Below, piece after piece: positions 63,465 to 64,000 of a stretch of DNA of 64,000 nt (the first letter of the stretch is position 1; each line of letters opens with the position of its first letter). Below the pieces are notes generated by a model, which was not told where the DNA came from, made no database searches, and saw nothing but the letters and a program-made list of their open reading frames with translations. The position numbers and the translations under genes were made by a program. The stretch comes from a bacterium (lineage in GTDB: Bacteria > UBA8248): the NCBI GenBank assembly GCA_965261085.1, contig OZ253442.1:2976001-3040000 (forward strand). Reading direction: 5' to 3'.

Positions 63465-64000
63465 ATGGCGCCGATTTCGGCGGATGATGTTGTATGTTAC
63501 CTAGAAGAAAATCCTGGTTTTTTCTTAGAACATCCAGACTCACTTCGCCAAAGCGGTCTGTTAACACAAGACAGCACTTCAGCAAAAGTCCTCAATTTGC
63601 GAGATAAGCTTTTCAATCGCTTAAAAGGCGAAAGAGAGGATTTGATACGACTTCTCGACGAAACGATAGAACTCGTTCGCCAAAATGAGCAGATCGAAAA
63701 AGACTTTATCGCCATTGAACAACTTTTGTTTGAACAAGCGCCCTCATTGGAGAGCCTTACAGAAATCGCAAAAAATATTGAATCGCGTTTTAGAATTGAA
63801 TACGCAGGCTTTTTGCTTCTGGAACCCATCGACGGCATCCCAGTGATCGCGGCTAAATCTGATGACTCGTCCCGCATTCGCCCACTTGGCAAAATACAAA
63901 TAGAGCTCGTTCCAATGGAAGGGGGAGTTGCGCTCAAAAGCAAATTAGAAGGGGGTGGAGGTCCGCTGTTCCCGGATACCCTGGGCGAAAGTATCGAATC
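63465..64000 (+). CDS. DUF484 family protein (runs off the window)
   Basis: Manual translation MAPISADDVVCYLEENPGFFLEHPD...LVRQNE; AAGGAG SD. Confidence 0.7.
   Translation, partial: MAPISADDVVCYLEENPGFFLEHPDSLRQSGLLTQDSTSAKVLNLRDKLFNRLKGEREDLIRLLDETIELVRQNEQIEKDFIAIEQLLFEQAPSLESLTEIAKNIESRFRIEYAGFLLLEPIDGIPVIAAKSDDSSRIRPLGKIQIELVPMEGGVALKSKLEGGGGPLFPDTLGESIE

Overview
This is a bacterial chromosomal segment of mostly minus-strand housekeeping genes: secD-yajC-tgt, alr, dnaB, rpsF-ssb-rpsR-rplI, a membrane pyrophosphatase, ispE-prs-rplY-pth, a liv ABC transporter, efp, aroQ/aroB, dusB, tsaD, ctpA, tkt, eno, nrdR, rpiB and rsfS-nadD-proB-obgE-rpmA-rplU. The gene order resembles Deltaproteobacteria/Nitrospinota-type genomes (inference only). 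I found no tRNA, rRNA, CRISPR array, transposase or phage gene. The most unusual DNA is non-coding, in three intergenic loci (37.2-37.75 kb, 40.9-41.35 kb, 42.7-44.1 kb). These hold nested, transposase-less miniature elements from two terminal-inverted-repeat (TIR) families, GGGGYTGTTGAAAAA and RGGTCARWYYCGACTGA. The elements repeatedly start right after CCCCCCTTGA, the left arm of a palindromic repeat. They carry different REP-like palindromes as cargo, and one brackets a complete chromate transporter gene. Other notable items: a lipoprotein combining a zinc-protease motif with a TbpB-like C-terminal barrel; a marked GC drop across core genes from about 46-48 kb onward; a probable ATT start for rsfS; and several conserved operons lacking their usual middle genes. 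All calls come from reading motifs by eye; no database searches were run.
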